Source: Minisyncoccia bacterium
GTDB lineage: Bacteria > Patescibacteriota > Minisyncoccia > Phycocordibacterales > GWA1-40-21
Reading direction: 5' to 3'
DNA: 64,000 nucleotides
Assembly (NCBI GenBank): GCA_049695975.1
Contig: JBAVTE010000009.1
Coordinates: forward strand, 4,459 to 68,458
Shown here: positions 28,301-36,807 of the stretch, piece after piece
How the letters are laid out: the number at the start of each line of letters is the position of its first letter
Position numbering within the stretch: position 1 is the stretch's first letter
Translations under genes and position numbers: made by a program
The notes under the pieces: model-generated
Told to the model about the DNA's origin: nothing
Seen by the model: only the letters and a program-made list of their open reading frames with translations
Database searches by the model: none

Positions 28301-28738
28301 TACAAAACCCTGTTCCGGATGATATGAACTAAGTAAATGATTGTGAGGTAGGTTTTCAAAAAGTTCTTCCAAAACCTGCACCTGTGTGAGAGAATCTGCA
28401 GACGAAAAAAAAGCTCCGCTATAAAAATACTGTGGATACTTTTGAATTATTTCCACGCAAAAATTATGAAAAGTGTGTATTGCCACTCGATATGCTTCAG
28501 AGCCTATGAGCGAAGCCAATCTTTTACGCATATTCAATGTCGCCGATTCCGTAAAAGTAAGACACAAAATATTTGAAGCCCTAGTATCTGTATCTTTCAA
28601 AATCTTTCCTACTCTCAAACTCAAAATTTCTGTTTTTCCCGATCCGGGACCAGCTATAACAAGAAGAGGACCGTCTATTTTATCCACAGCCATTTTTTGT
28701 TCCCTGTTTAGTGCTTTATATCTTTCGTCAAAATTCAC
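25334..28738 (-). CDS. AddA/RecB-like helicase-nuclease (UvrD-type SF1 helicase with C-terminal PD-(D/E)XK nuclease domain)
   Basis: N-terminal GPLLVIAGPGSGKTEIL (Walker A), UvrD-like motifs through ~aa 750; C-terminal nuclease motif GKIDRIMEENSGEYKVCDYKTGK. Confidence 0.8.
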   Translation of the reverse strand: MNFDERYKALNREQKMAVDKIDGPLLVIAGPGSGKTEILSLRVGKILKDTDTRASNILCLTFTESATLNMRKRLASLIGSEAYRVAIHTFHNFCVEIIQKYPQYFYSGAFFSSADSLTQVQVLEELFENLPHNHLLSSYHPEQGFVYLKSVLNVIGYLKKAGLTPDEFHSILEHNKKSLMEIDKILTPVFSERIGKESLGNVSEVLEKLNTLALKSEKGFSIAYFVNSLFSSIRDSLKIALEEANDLGKATPLSAWKQKWMKKDDEGGSIFKDSVNIEKLLAVGDIYAKYRKTMHEKGYYDFDDMILDVLKALEENPSLRYEIQEQYQYILVDEFQDTNEAQMRLLLLISDAPVNEGKPNIMAVGDDDQAVYKFQGAELSNILNFKKIFRDVEIVTMTKNYRSSQDILDIASHIIRKGEERLEKLLPEIEKNLIASNKEIKKGNIIHKEFKTVAHEYHFISREIKKKIDAGAKPEEIAVIARKHKQLETLVPYLRGAKVPIRYEREQNVFKEPHIAQIIIIARFLSSLIDKHKDEADEFMPQILSFPFWQINREDIWQVSLNARKNYPEKNWLETMLDHKNNNIKNIAKFFIDLGVRSQSEPLEKILDDIIGAHLPLTEENEDDDNDEFFAAKNSSTQTKFESPFREFYFNKEKFNHARAEYLSFLSSLRVFVGALREYKSGEILSIKDLVEFVDLHDQNDISLNDQSPFAKLDNAVNLLTAHKAKGLEFETVFVLSCQDDIWARGGIPNKIVLPANLPIEPAGDTEDDQLRLFYVALTRAKRFLYMTSYLIKEDGDSSDKLRFLIAENGEEDVMKKEILKKIYFESESIDDEVLPDAHEVLTASWLQYHTPPFVGSEEKLLKSLLTDYEMPITHLNNFLDVEKGGPQYFLEQNLLRFPQAKNTSSSYGSAIHHTLEKFSLFLKKEGRMAEIPETLSWFKYFLIKERMSPKDFEKNLEKGQDDLDKFLKNKKDGFSPKDIIEFNFKDQGVMLGGAHLSGKIDRIMEENSGEYKVCDYKTGKPLLSWTSGSDYEKAKAIKYERQIIYYKLLLEGSREFGRKGKVKSGVLQFIEPKNGKIFDLNLIIEDEKVEKLKKLITVIYNKIINLDFPDVSKYSKDTKGSQRFVDDLIEGKI

Positions 28739-28768
28739 TGGTCTATTTTATCATACATCTCACCCTTT

Positions 28769-29167
28769 TTATCTATTAATATAAGTGACGGTAAGCTGTA
28801 AAACTGTTGCAAAAGAAACCCACAATAAATATGGTATTTGCACATAAGTAATCCACTTGGCATAAGGAAAAATAGCGATCATGAGCCAAATAAGTGTACC
28901 GAGGACAAGAACAATATCTATACCTGCAAGTATATTGTTTTGTAGACCAAACTGAATAGGCGTAAAAGCAAAATTAAAAATTAAATTTAAGATAAAGGGC
29001 AAAAGAATAATAAAAGGAATTTGTTTTTGAAAAAACATAATAAATGCTTTTCCAAAAGAAATCGCTATTAAAATATAAAGAAATGTCCATACTGGACCAA
29101 AAAGCCAGCTTGGTGGCGCCCATGATGGTTTGATAAGAGTTTGGTACCAAGAGGATGCGTTGTTCAT
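28769..29167 (-). CDS. tspO: TspO/MBR-family tryptophan-rich membrane protein (short form)
   Basis: WYQTLIKPSWAPPSWLFGPVWTFLYILIAISFG matches the TspO N-terminal signature; 4-5 TM helices in 132 aa. Confidence 0.6.
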   Translation of the reverse strand: MNNASSWYQTLIKPSWAPPSWLFGPVWTFLYILIAISFGKAFIMFFQKQIPFIILLPFILNLIFNFAFTPIQFGLQNNILAGIDIVLVLGTLIWLMIAIFPYAKWITYVQIPYLLWVSFATVLQLTVTYINR

Positions 29168-29309
29168 AATATATATTAATTAGCTAATAATCAAAATTAT
29201 ATCATTTTAAATAATTTTAGACAAAAAATTTATCTCCTGAAAGTTTGTTTTTTCTAAAAATTTTGTTGTTTTTTTGCTTACTACGCTAAATCGTTCAGAA
29301 AGACTATAT

Positions 29310-30530
29310 TTAATAACTCTGCAATCTATTTATTTTGTCGTGAACACGGATTTTTTCGTGGGCTTTGGCTTCAATTTGTCGAATTCTTTCTCGAGTGACG
29401 CCAAATTCCTTTCCTACCTCTTCAAGTGTGTGCGTAATGCCATCTACAAGTCCATGTCGCATTTCTAAAATTTTTCTTTCTTTGAGAGATAAATCACCGA
29501 GAATTTCTTTGACCTGATCGCCTAAAATTCTTCTAGAAGAATCTTGGTCGGGAGAAAGTATTTTATCATCTGCAACGAAATCTCCGAGAGTGGACTTGCC
29601 GTCATCACTGTCTTCTCCGATAGGTGTCTCGAGAGACACAGTATCTTGGTCAATTTTTTCTATTATATAAACTTTTTCCACTTCTATACCCATTTCAGTT
29701 GCTATTTCTTCTGGCATTGGGTCTCTACCTAGATCTTGTGAAAGTCGTCTGAAAACCTGTTTATATTTTGCAATCGTCTCCACCATATGCACTGGCACAC
29801 GGATAGTTCTAGACTGATCTGCAAGAGCTCTCGTAATAGCCTGCCTTATCCACCAAGTTGCATAAGTAGAAAACTTGTAACCTTTTGTCCAATCAAATTT
29901 ATCAACGGCTTTGAAAAGACCGAGATTACCTTCTTGAATAAGATCAAGAAGGGTAAGATCGGCACTTCTTCCTACGTATTTCTTTGCGATGGAAACAACT
30001 AGACGCAGGTTTGCTTTTGCAAGAAGATTTTTTGCTTCTTCATCGCCGTTTTGTATTTTTCTCGCCAAATCTTTTTCCATTGAAGCATTGATAAGTGGAT
30101 ACTGACCAATTTCTTTAAGATAAATTTGAATAGAATCATATGAAGGATCCAATTTTCTTCCTCCATAAACTTTTTTATTTGCATTTTCATCTTCAAATTC
30201 AAGCATACCTCCTCCCTCCAAAACATCTATGGAAGCCGAACTAAGTCTCACATAAAGTTCATTAAGAAAAATAATATTTTCCTCAATTTTAGGAAATTCA
30301 CGGAGAATTTCGTCGTAAGTTATGAAACCTCTCTCCTTACCTTTAGTGAGGAGCTTCAATAGGCGTGATTCCATATCTTTCTGCTTCAAAGTCATTTTTG
30401 ATGTCTTTTTTACAACCTTTTTAGCAAAAACACTCTTTTTTACAACAGATTTTTTCTTTGATATTTTTGTAACTTTCTTTACAACCTTTTTTACTTTTTT
30501 TATTTTCTTATTTATTTTATTTTTTTTCAT
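29310..30530 (-). CDS. rpoD: primary RNA polymerase sigma-70 factor with lysine-rich N-terminal extension
   Basis: Region 2 [29 protein letters not shown], region 4.2 [23 protein letters not shown]; N-terminal ~45 aa of KKV/KKS repeats; directly downstream of dnaG. Confidence 0.9.
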   Translation of the reverse strand: MKKNKINKKIKKVKKVVKKVTKISKKKSVVKKSVFAKKVVKKTSKMTLKQKDMESRLLKLLTKGKERGFITYDEILREFPKIEENIIFLNELYVRLSSASIDVLEGGGMLEFEDENANKKVYGGRKLDPSYDSIQIYLKEIGQYPLINASMEKDLARKIQNGDEEAKNLLAKANLRLVVSIAKKYVGRSADLTLLDLIQEGNLGLFKAVDKFDWTKGYKFSTYATWWIRQAITRALADQSRTIRVPVHMVETIAKYKQVFRRLSQDLGRDPMPEEIATEMGIEVEKVYIIEKIDQDTVSLETPIGEDSDDGKSTLGDFVADDKILSPDQDSSRRILGDQVKEILGDLSLKERKILEMRHGLVDGITHTLEEVGKEFGVTRERIRQIEAKAHEKIRVHDKINRLQSY

Positions 30531-30562
30531 ATTATTTTTTAATTAAGTCTTTGACGTACCAT

Positions 30563-32311
30563 TCAAGGACTGATTTTTAAATTGTTAAGTATTTTTGAAA
30601 CATCATTAAATCTTTTTGCGAGTGAAAGTTGTTTATCCTTTTCGTCTGTTTTTTCGGCCTTTTTTATTTCCATAATTATTTCTGAAAGTTCTTTTTTATA
30701 TTCTTCTTCTTTAATCCCTTTCAAAAGTCCGGAAAATTCTGACTTCAGTTTATCATCTGAAAAGCCCAAATAATAGCTTTCCGCTTCAAATACCAATTCA
30801 TTTTTCAAATTTTCATCTAAAATTTTACTTTTTTCCAAAAAACCTACACCCAAAAACTTTTTAATTTCATCCTGAAAGAAGGTTGATAGATTTTCTTTCA
30901 GATTATTGGATTCTATCATTAAAATCATTCCTACTGCTTTTCTTTCTAAAGAGTTTATTTTAATTATTTTATTATATTCGCTCGCTTCTTTTTGTTCTAT
31001 ATTTTTTATATTATCTCCATCCGAAATTACAACTTTAACTTTTTTCAAATCTTCCCAAAGTGCCTCTTCTTTGATTCCTGTTTTATCGCTAATCTTCCCG
31101 ATATATTGGGATTTTTCTATACTGCTATCCACGAGAGACACATATGGCAAAACTTTTTCTCTCACAGCAATTCCAAGTTTTCTATCATCCAGTTTTTCGG
31201 CCAAAATTTTATTAAGCAAGAAATCAATAATATTAAGAGCATTCTTCAAAATAATTTTCCAATCTTCCTTACCTGTTTCACTCTTTCCATTTAGACCTTT
31301 CAAAATCAAATCCGCTGGGTCAAATCCATCAGGAATCTGAGCAATTTTTACTTCCATCTGTGCAGATACTGCGAGCATCCATGCTCTTTCAGCAGCTTTT
31401 GCACCGGCACTATCAGAATCAAAAGCCATGATTACCCTATTTGACATTCTTTTCAAAATTTCTAAGTGATCGAGGGTAAGAGCCGTCCCTGAAGATGCAA
31501 CTGTGTTTGTAAAACCAGCTTGCTGACACATTAGTAAGTCCATTTGGCCCTCGACAAGGACCGCGTAGTCAAATTTTCTTATCGCTTGCTTTGCAATATG
31601 AAATCCGTAAAGTGTTTTTGATTTGTTGAAAAGCGGTGTTTCGGGACTGTTGAGATATTTTGGAGTATTTTCATCCTTGGATAAGGTCCTGCCAGAATAG
31701 GCGATAATTCTGCCAGCTGTATCAAAAATAGGAAACATTATTCTGCCTCGGAATCTGTCATAAAATCCTTTATCACCTTTTTTGATAAGACCTGCTCTTT
31801 CCATTTCTTCATCTGTAAAGCCTTTGCCTTTCAAATATTCGGAAACCTTATGCCATTCGTCATTTGCATAGCCTATCTGCCAATCTTTAATTGTTTTTTC
31901 TGTGAGTCCCCTCTTTTTCAAATATTCTTGCGGTATTGTTTCTTTCTGTAGACAATCAACAAAAAACTTTGTTGATTCTTCTAGAAGTGTAAAAAGTCGA
32001 TCTTTCTTTTCTACTTTCCCTGGCTCATATTGCTCAAGCTCCACCCCAGCTCTTTCTGCAAGAATTTTAAGAGCTCCCATAAAATCAATCCCTTCAAACT
32101 CCTGGACAAAACTAAAAATGTCACCCTTTGCATTGCATCCAAAACAATAATAACTTCCCCTATCTGGTGATACGAAAAAAGATGGCGTCTTTTCATTATG
32201 AAAAGGACACTTTGCTTTGAGGTTGTTGCCGGCTCTATCCAACTTTAGATAGGAACCAACAACATCCACAATACTCAATCTCTCTTTTATTTTTTCTACA
32301 GATGTGGACAT
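30563..32311 (-). CDS. dnaG: DNA primase
   Basis: CHC2 zinc finger CPFHNEKTPSFFVSPDRGSYYCFGC; TOPRIM VLVEGQMDLL ... FDSDSAG. Confidence 0.9.
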   Translation of the reverse strand: MSTSVEKIKERLSIVDVVGSYLKLDRAGNNLKAKCPFHNEKTPSFFVSPDRGSYYCFGCNAKGDIFSFVQEFEGIDFMGALKILAERAGVELEQYEPGKVEKKDRLFTLLEESTKFFVDCLQKETIPQEYLKKRGLTEKTIKDWQIGYANDEWHKVSEYLKGKGFTDEEMERAGLIKKGDKGFYDRFRGRIMFPIFDTAGRIIAYSGRTLSKDENTPKYLNSPETPLFNKSKTLYGFHIAKQAIRKFDYAVLVEGQMDLLMCQQAGFTNTVASSGTALTLDHLEILKRMSNRVIMAFDSDSAGAKAAERAWMLAVSAQMEVKIAQIPDGFDPADLILKGLNGKSETGKEDWKIILKNALNIIDFLLNKILAEKLDDRKLGIAVREKVLPYVSLVDSSIEKSQYIGKISDKTGIKEEALWEDLKKVKVVISDGDNIKNIEQKEASEYNKIIKINSLERKAVGMILMIESNNLKENLSTFFQDEIKKFLGVGFLEKSKILDENLKNELVFEAESYYLGFSDDKLKSEFSGLLKGIKEEEYKKELSEIIMEIKKAEKTDEKDKQLSLAKRFNDVSKILNNLKISP

Positions 32312-32322
32312 TTAAACGAAAA

Positions 32323-33063
32323 TTAATTTGTAAATTTGAAGGTTCCTAATATTTTCTCAAGATCCTTATGATCTTGAACATTGTAATCAAGCTGATAGAT
32401 GTTTCCATTTTTAATAGTAAAATCATCCCCGAGAATATAATCTGGACCAACAGGATATATTTCTTTCCATTTGATTTCTACCCAACGAATATTATTAACA
32501 TCTCTATACTCACGAGATAATACAGAACAGTTTTTACTTAAAAAGTTATCTACATATTTATCCAAACTAATATTTTGTTCCAACTTTCCAACCGTAATTA
32601 ATAAATTAATACCAAATTCCTTTGACGCTAGAGAAGGGTGAATTTCTAAATAAAGATTAGGTATGGATGCTTTATTAATTGTAAACTCATAACTGTAAGG
32701 ATATCTTATTTCAAATCCATATTGAGTATTTGTATATGTTTTCCAATTTGCAAATTCGTCTGTTGTGGTTGCAATAGAAGTTGCCTCGCATTTTTCTTCC
32801 CAAACTCTCAAACATTTATTTTTTGCTCCACACCAAGAATACCCAGCAGAGCCAATACAGCCGTGGGCATCACGGTCACCACCAACGATGGTTGAGGTTG
32901 CAGTTGTAGTCGCGGTGATGTTTGCAGGAGCAACTGCTTTATTTATTTTGTAGACATAGACACCAAAAGCTATTGCAAACAGTGCAACGATTGCAATAAT
33001 AAGAGGAATTACGAAACCTTTTTGATAATTCATAGTGTTGGTCGAATTTTTTGAGTTGCTCAA
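32323..33063 (-). CDS. membrane-anchored hypothetical protein with a small Cys-rich extracellular motif
   Basis: Single N-terminal TM (FVIPLIIAIVALFAIAFGVYV), Thr-rich linker, HGCIGSAGYSWCGAKNKCLRVWEEKCE (4 Cys). Confidence 0.4.
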   Translation of the reverse strand: MSNSKNSTNTMNYQKGFVIPLIIAIVALFAIAFGVYVYKINKAVAPANITATTTATSTIVGGDRDAHGCIGSAGYSWCGAKNKCLRVWEEKCEATSIATTTDEFANWKTYTNTQYGFEIRYPYSYEFTINKASIPNLYLEIHPSLASKEFGINLLITVGKLEQNISLDKYVDNFLSKNCSVLSREYRDVNNIRWVEIKWKEIYPVGPDYILGDDFTIKNGNIYQLDYNVQDHKDLEKILGTFKFTN

Positions 33064-33105
33064 AAAATTCGACTTTATTAGATTAATAAACTAATAAACC
33101 CAAAA

Positions 33106-36100
33106 TTACCTGTCGTTGTCTCTGTCGTCAAATTTGTATTTGTCTTTTACACCTTGAATAAGGTCAAACTTTTTACTTCCTGGGAAACCTGTACCAGCTG
33201 GAATAATTCTTCCTATGATAACATTTTCTTTGAGACCGGTGAGCCTATCCACAGTTCCTTTTACTGAAGCATTGATCAAGACTCTAACTGTCCATTGGAA
33301 TGAAGCTGCTGACAAGAAACTTCTTCTGGAAAGTGCTGATTCTGTGATACCCATCACAACAGCTTTGACTTTAATTTCTTCACCTTTTTTGACTTTTATA
33401 TTTTTATTTTCTTCAAGAAGATCAAGTTCGTCTATCACTTCATTCACAGTCAATTCTGAAGAACCAGCATCTGTAACGATCATCTTTGAAAACATTTGCT
33501 TAACAATAATTTCAATATGCTTTCTCGATACTGCTTCACCTTGAAGTTCGTATGGCTTACTAACCTCTGTAATAATATAATTCATAGCAGCTTCTCTTCC
33601 AGCAAACTCAAATATTTCATCAATGTCGGCAGAACCATCTGTCAAAAGCTGACCTTTGACAATCTTATCACCCATTTTCACAAGTGGAACTCTCTTTGGA
33701 TTAAATATAAATTCTATTTCTCCTGATTTCTTAGATTTACCTTTATCTTCAATTTCTGGAATAACAGTAATAATTTTTTCTTTTCCAAAATCTTTCACGG
33801 AAGATACAAGACCATTTACAGTAGAGACTACAGCAGGATTCTTTGGTCTTCTTTTTTCAAAGATTTCTTCAACCCTAGGCAAACCGGAAGTAATATCTCC
33901 ACCGACAGATGCAGTACCTCCGGCGTGGAATGTTCTCATAGTAAGCTGAGTTCCAGGTTCACCAATAGCTTGAGCTGCGACTGTTCCCACTGCTTCACCG
34001 ACATCTATTGTTTCACTTCTTCCAAGATCCATTCCATAACATTTGACACAAATCCCGTGAAGTGTCTTGCAAGTAAGTGGTGATCTCACAAAAACTTTGG
34101 GTCCCCCTTCTTGATCTATTTTTTGAGCATCATCCTTTGAAACGAGGTGATCTTTTTTGAATAATACATTTCCATCTTTATCTACCACATCCTGAGCGAG
34201 AAATCTTCCTCTCACATTTTTAGCAATAGATGGGCCTGACTCTTCACCCACTTTTTTACTAATACAAATATATTCTTTTGTTCCACAATCAACCTCCTTA
34301 ATAAGAATATCTTGCGCTACATCAAAAAGTCTTCTGGTAAGATATCCAGCTTTTGCAGTATTTAAGGCAGTATCGGAAAGTCCTTTTCTAGAACCGTGAG
34401 TAGTAATGAAGTATTCGATTGGAGTCAATCCTTCTTTTGCAGAACTAATGACTGGAAATTCAATAGTTTCTCCTGCTGTATTTTGAATCAAACCCTTCAT
34501 ACCAACCATCTGTGTGAGAGATCCAAGAGAACCTCTAGCACCTGACTTCCACATATCATAGACGGAACCATTTTGATCAAGAGAGCTTGGAATCAGTTTT
34601 TCAAGTTCACTTTTTGCTCCATGCCAAATCTCAATATTTTTTCTAATTCTTTCTTCTTCTGCAAGTAATCCTTCACTAAATTCAGCATAAACATCTTCGC
34701 TTTTTTGTTTTGCAATTTTTATAATTTCATCTTTTTCTTTAGGAACAAAAACATCATCTAGACCCCAAGTAGTACCAGAATGTGTAGCGTATTTGAATCC
34801 AAATGTTTTTATTTTATCAAGTATAACCCCAACTTTATTTGGGCCATGTTTATTTATAAGTTCATCAATAATTCTTGTTAATTGTTTCTTGTCAATTTCC
34901 TTATTAACAAAAGGATAATCGGCAGGTAAAATGCTATTGAAAAGTAATCTACCGACAGAAGTTTCCATCAATTCCCCATTGAAACCTGCGTACTTTGCTT
35001 TTTCTGTAGGCAAAACTTTTACAAGAGAACGAATACTTATCGCTTCAAAATCAAAGCAAGTAATAGCCGAATTTGGAGATGAAAAATATTTTCCTTCACC
35101 TTTTTCCCCAGGAATAATTTTTGTCATCCAATAACATCCAAGTACAATATCGAGAAGCTTGGCGGATATAGTAGGATCACCATTTCCTGGTTTCAAAATA
35201 TTTTTGTCAGCTGCCATTATTTCTCTTGCTTCTGTCTGTGCTTCTTCTCCGAGTGGCAAGTGAACTGACATTGTGTCTCCATCGAAGTCTGCGTTGAAAG
35301 CAGTACAAACGAGAGGATGAACTTGAATAGCATTTCCTTCAATAAGAATAGGTCTAAATGCCTGAATACCAAGTCGGTGGAGAGTCGGTGCTCGGTTCAA
35401 AAGAACATATTTACCTTTTATTGCCTCTTCAAGAATTGCCCAAACTTCTGGAATACCATCATCTATAAGTTTACCTGCCCCACGAATATTGTAGGCGAGT
35501 TCTTTTTTCAAAAGTTCAGAAATAACAAAAGGTCTGAAAAGTTCAAGAGCTATGTGCTTTGGTAAACCACATTGATCTAGAGCAAGCTCTGGACCAACGA
35601 CAATAACAGACCTAGCAGAATAATCGACTCTTTTACCAAGAAGGTTCAATCTAAACAACCCTCTTTTACCTTTCAAATTATCAGCGAGAGATTTCAAAGG
35701 TCTTTTCTGCATGGAAGTCATAGCAGAAAGAGCTGAATTTCCATGTCTAATAGAATTATCTATAAGAGCATCCACTGCTTCTTGCAAAATTCTTTTTTCA
35801 TTTCTCAAAATAACATCGGGTGCGTGAATTTCTTTTAATTTGAGCAATCTATTATTTCTATTTATAACTCTTCTGTACAAATCATTTACATCTGAAGTCG
35901 CAAATCTTCCACCATCAAGAGGAACCATCGGACGAAGCGCTGGTGGTATCACAGGGATTGTGGTCAAAAACATCCACTCTGGTCTCACGCGAGAAGCAAC
36001 CATAGATTTAATCAGGGTAATTCTTTTGTTTAATTTTTCAGCTTCTATAGTACTTGCTTTTTCAAGATCAGCCAAAAGATTTTTGAGAAGTAAATTCAAA

Positions 36101-36807
36101 TCAACTTTCTTCAATATTTCATAAATTGCTTCTCCACCAATTCCAGCTTCAAACATTGCTCCGTACTTCACCGAAAACTTATGGAACATTGCTTCATCAA
36201 GCACAAGACCTTGCCTAATGCTTTCTACTTCTTTTTTTGCATTTACTGCAAGATCTTTGATTGCTTCTTTTGTCTTTTCATCTTGAGCTGCTTTTACTTT
36301 TGATTTAAATTCTGAATCAATTTCTTTCAAGATTCTTTCTCTCTCACTTTCCACGGTTTTTGTAACAATATATCCAGCAAAATAAACGACTTTTTCCAAA
36401 TCATTCATTCCCATTCCAAGAATCAGACCGAGTCTTGAAGGCATACCTCTCAAAAACCAGATGTGCGATACAGGAGTTGCAAGCTCTATATGTCCCATTC
36501 TTTCCCTCCTCACGATTGACCTTGTAATTTCTACTCCGCACTTTTCACAAACGATTCCTTTATATCTAATACCTCTGTATTTTCCACAATAACATTCGTA
36601 ATCTTTATCAGGACCAAATATTTTTTCATCAAAAAGTCCGCCTCTTTCACTTCTTTGTGTTCTGTAATTTATAGTTTCAGGTCTTGTCACTTCACCGAAA
36701 GACCACTCTTTGATTCGAAGAGGAGAAGCAACCTTGATAGAAATTGCATTGAAGTCGTTTGTATTTTGTTTATTTATTCTCATGTTTTTAAAATTAATTA
36801 TTATCAA
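33106..36807 (-). CDS. rpoC: DNA-directed RNA polymerase beta' subunit
   Basis: Zinc-binding CYCGKYRGIRYKGIVCEKCG, catalytic NADFDGD, trigger loop and clamp regions. Confidence 0.95.
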   Translation of the reverse strand: MIIINFKNMRINKQNTNDFNAISIKVASPLRIKEWSFGEVTRPETINYRTQRSERGGLFDEKIFGPDKDYECYCGKYRGIRYKGIVCEKCGVEITRSIVRRERMGHIELATPVSHIWFLRGMPSRLGLILGMGMNDLEKVVYFAGYIVTKTVESERERILKEIDSEFKSKVKAAQDEKTKEAIKDLAVNAKKEVESIRQGLVLDEAMFHKFSVKYGAMFEAGIGGEAIYEILKKVDLNLLLKNLLADLEKASTIEAEKLNKRITLIKSMVASRVRPEWMFLTTIPVIPPALRPMVPLDGGRFATSDVNDLYRRVINRNNRLLKLKEIHAPDVILRNEKRILQEAVDALIDNSIRHGNSALSAMTSMQKRPLKSLADNLKGKRGLFRLNLLGKRVDYSARSVIVVGPELALDQCGLPKHIALELFRPFVISELLKKELAYNIRGAGKLIDDGIPEVWAILEEAIKGKYVLLNRAPTLHRLGIQAFRPILIEGNAIQVHPLVCTAFNADFDGDTMSVHLPLGEEAQTEAREIMAADKNILKPGNGDPTISAKLLDIVLGCYWMTKIIPGEKGEGKYFSSPNSAITCFDFEAISIRSLVKVLPTEKAKYAGFNGELMETSVGRLLFNSILPADYPFVNKEIDKKQLTRIIDELINKHGPNKVGVILDKIKTFGFKYATHSGTTWGLDDVFVPKEKDEIIKIAKQKSEDVYAEFSEGLLAEEERIRKNIEIWHGAKSELEKLIPSSLDQNGSVYDMWKSGARGSLGSLTQMVGMKGLIQNTAGETIEFPVISSAKEGLTPIEYFITTHGSRKGLSDTALNTAKAGYLTRRLFDVAQDILIKEVDCGTKEYICISKKVGEESGPSIAKNVRGRFLAQDVVDKDGNVLFKKDHLVSKDDAQKIDQEGGPKVFVRSPLTCKTLHGICVKCYGMDLGRSETIDVGEAVGTVAAQAIGEPGTQLTMRTFHAGGTASVGGDITSGLPRVEEIFEKRRPKNPAVVSTVNGLVSSVKDFGKEKIITVIPEIEDKGKSKKSGEIEFIFNPKRVPLVKMGDKIVKGQLLTDGSADIDEIFEFAGREAAMNYIITEVSKPYELQGEAVSRKHIEIIVKQMFSKMIVTDAGSSELTVNEVIDELDLLEENKNIKVKKGEEIKVKAVVMGITESALSRRSFLSAASFQWTVRVLINASVKGTVDRLTGLKENVIIGRIIPAGTGFPGSKKFDLIQGVKDKYKFDDRDNDR

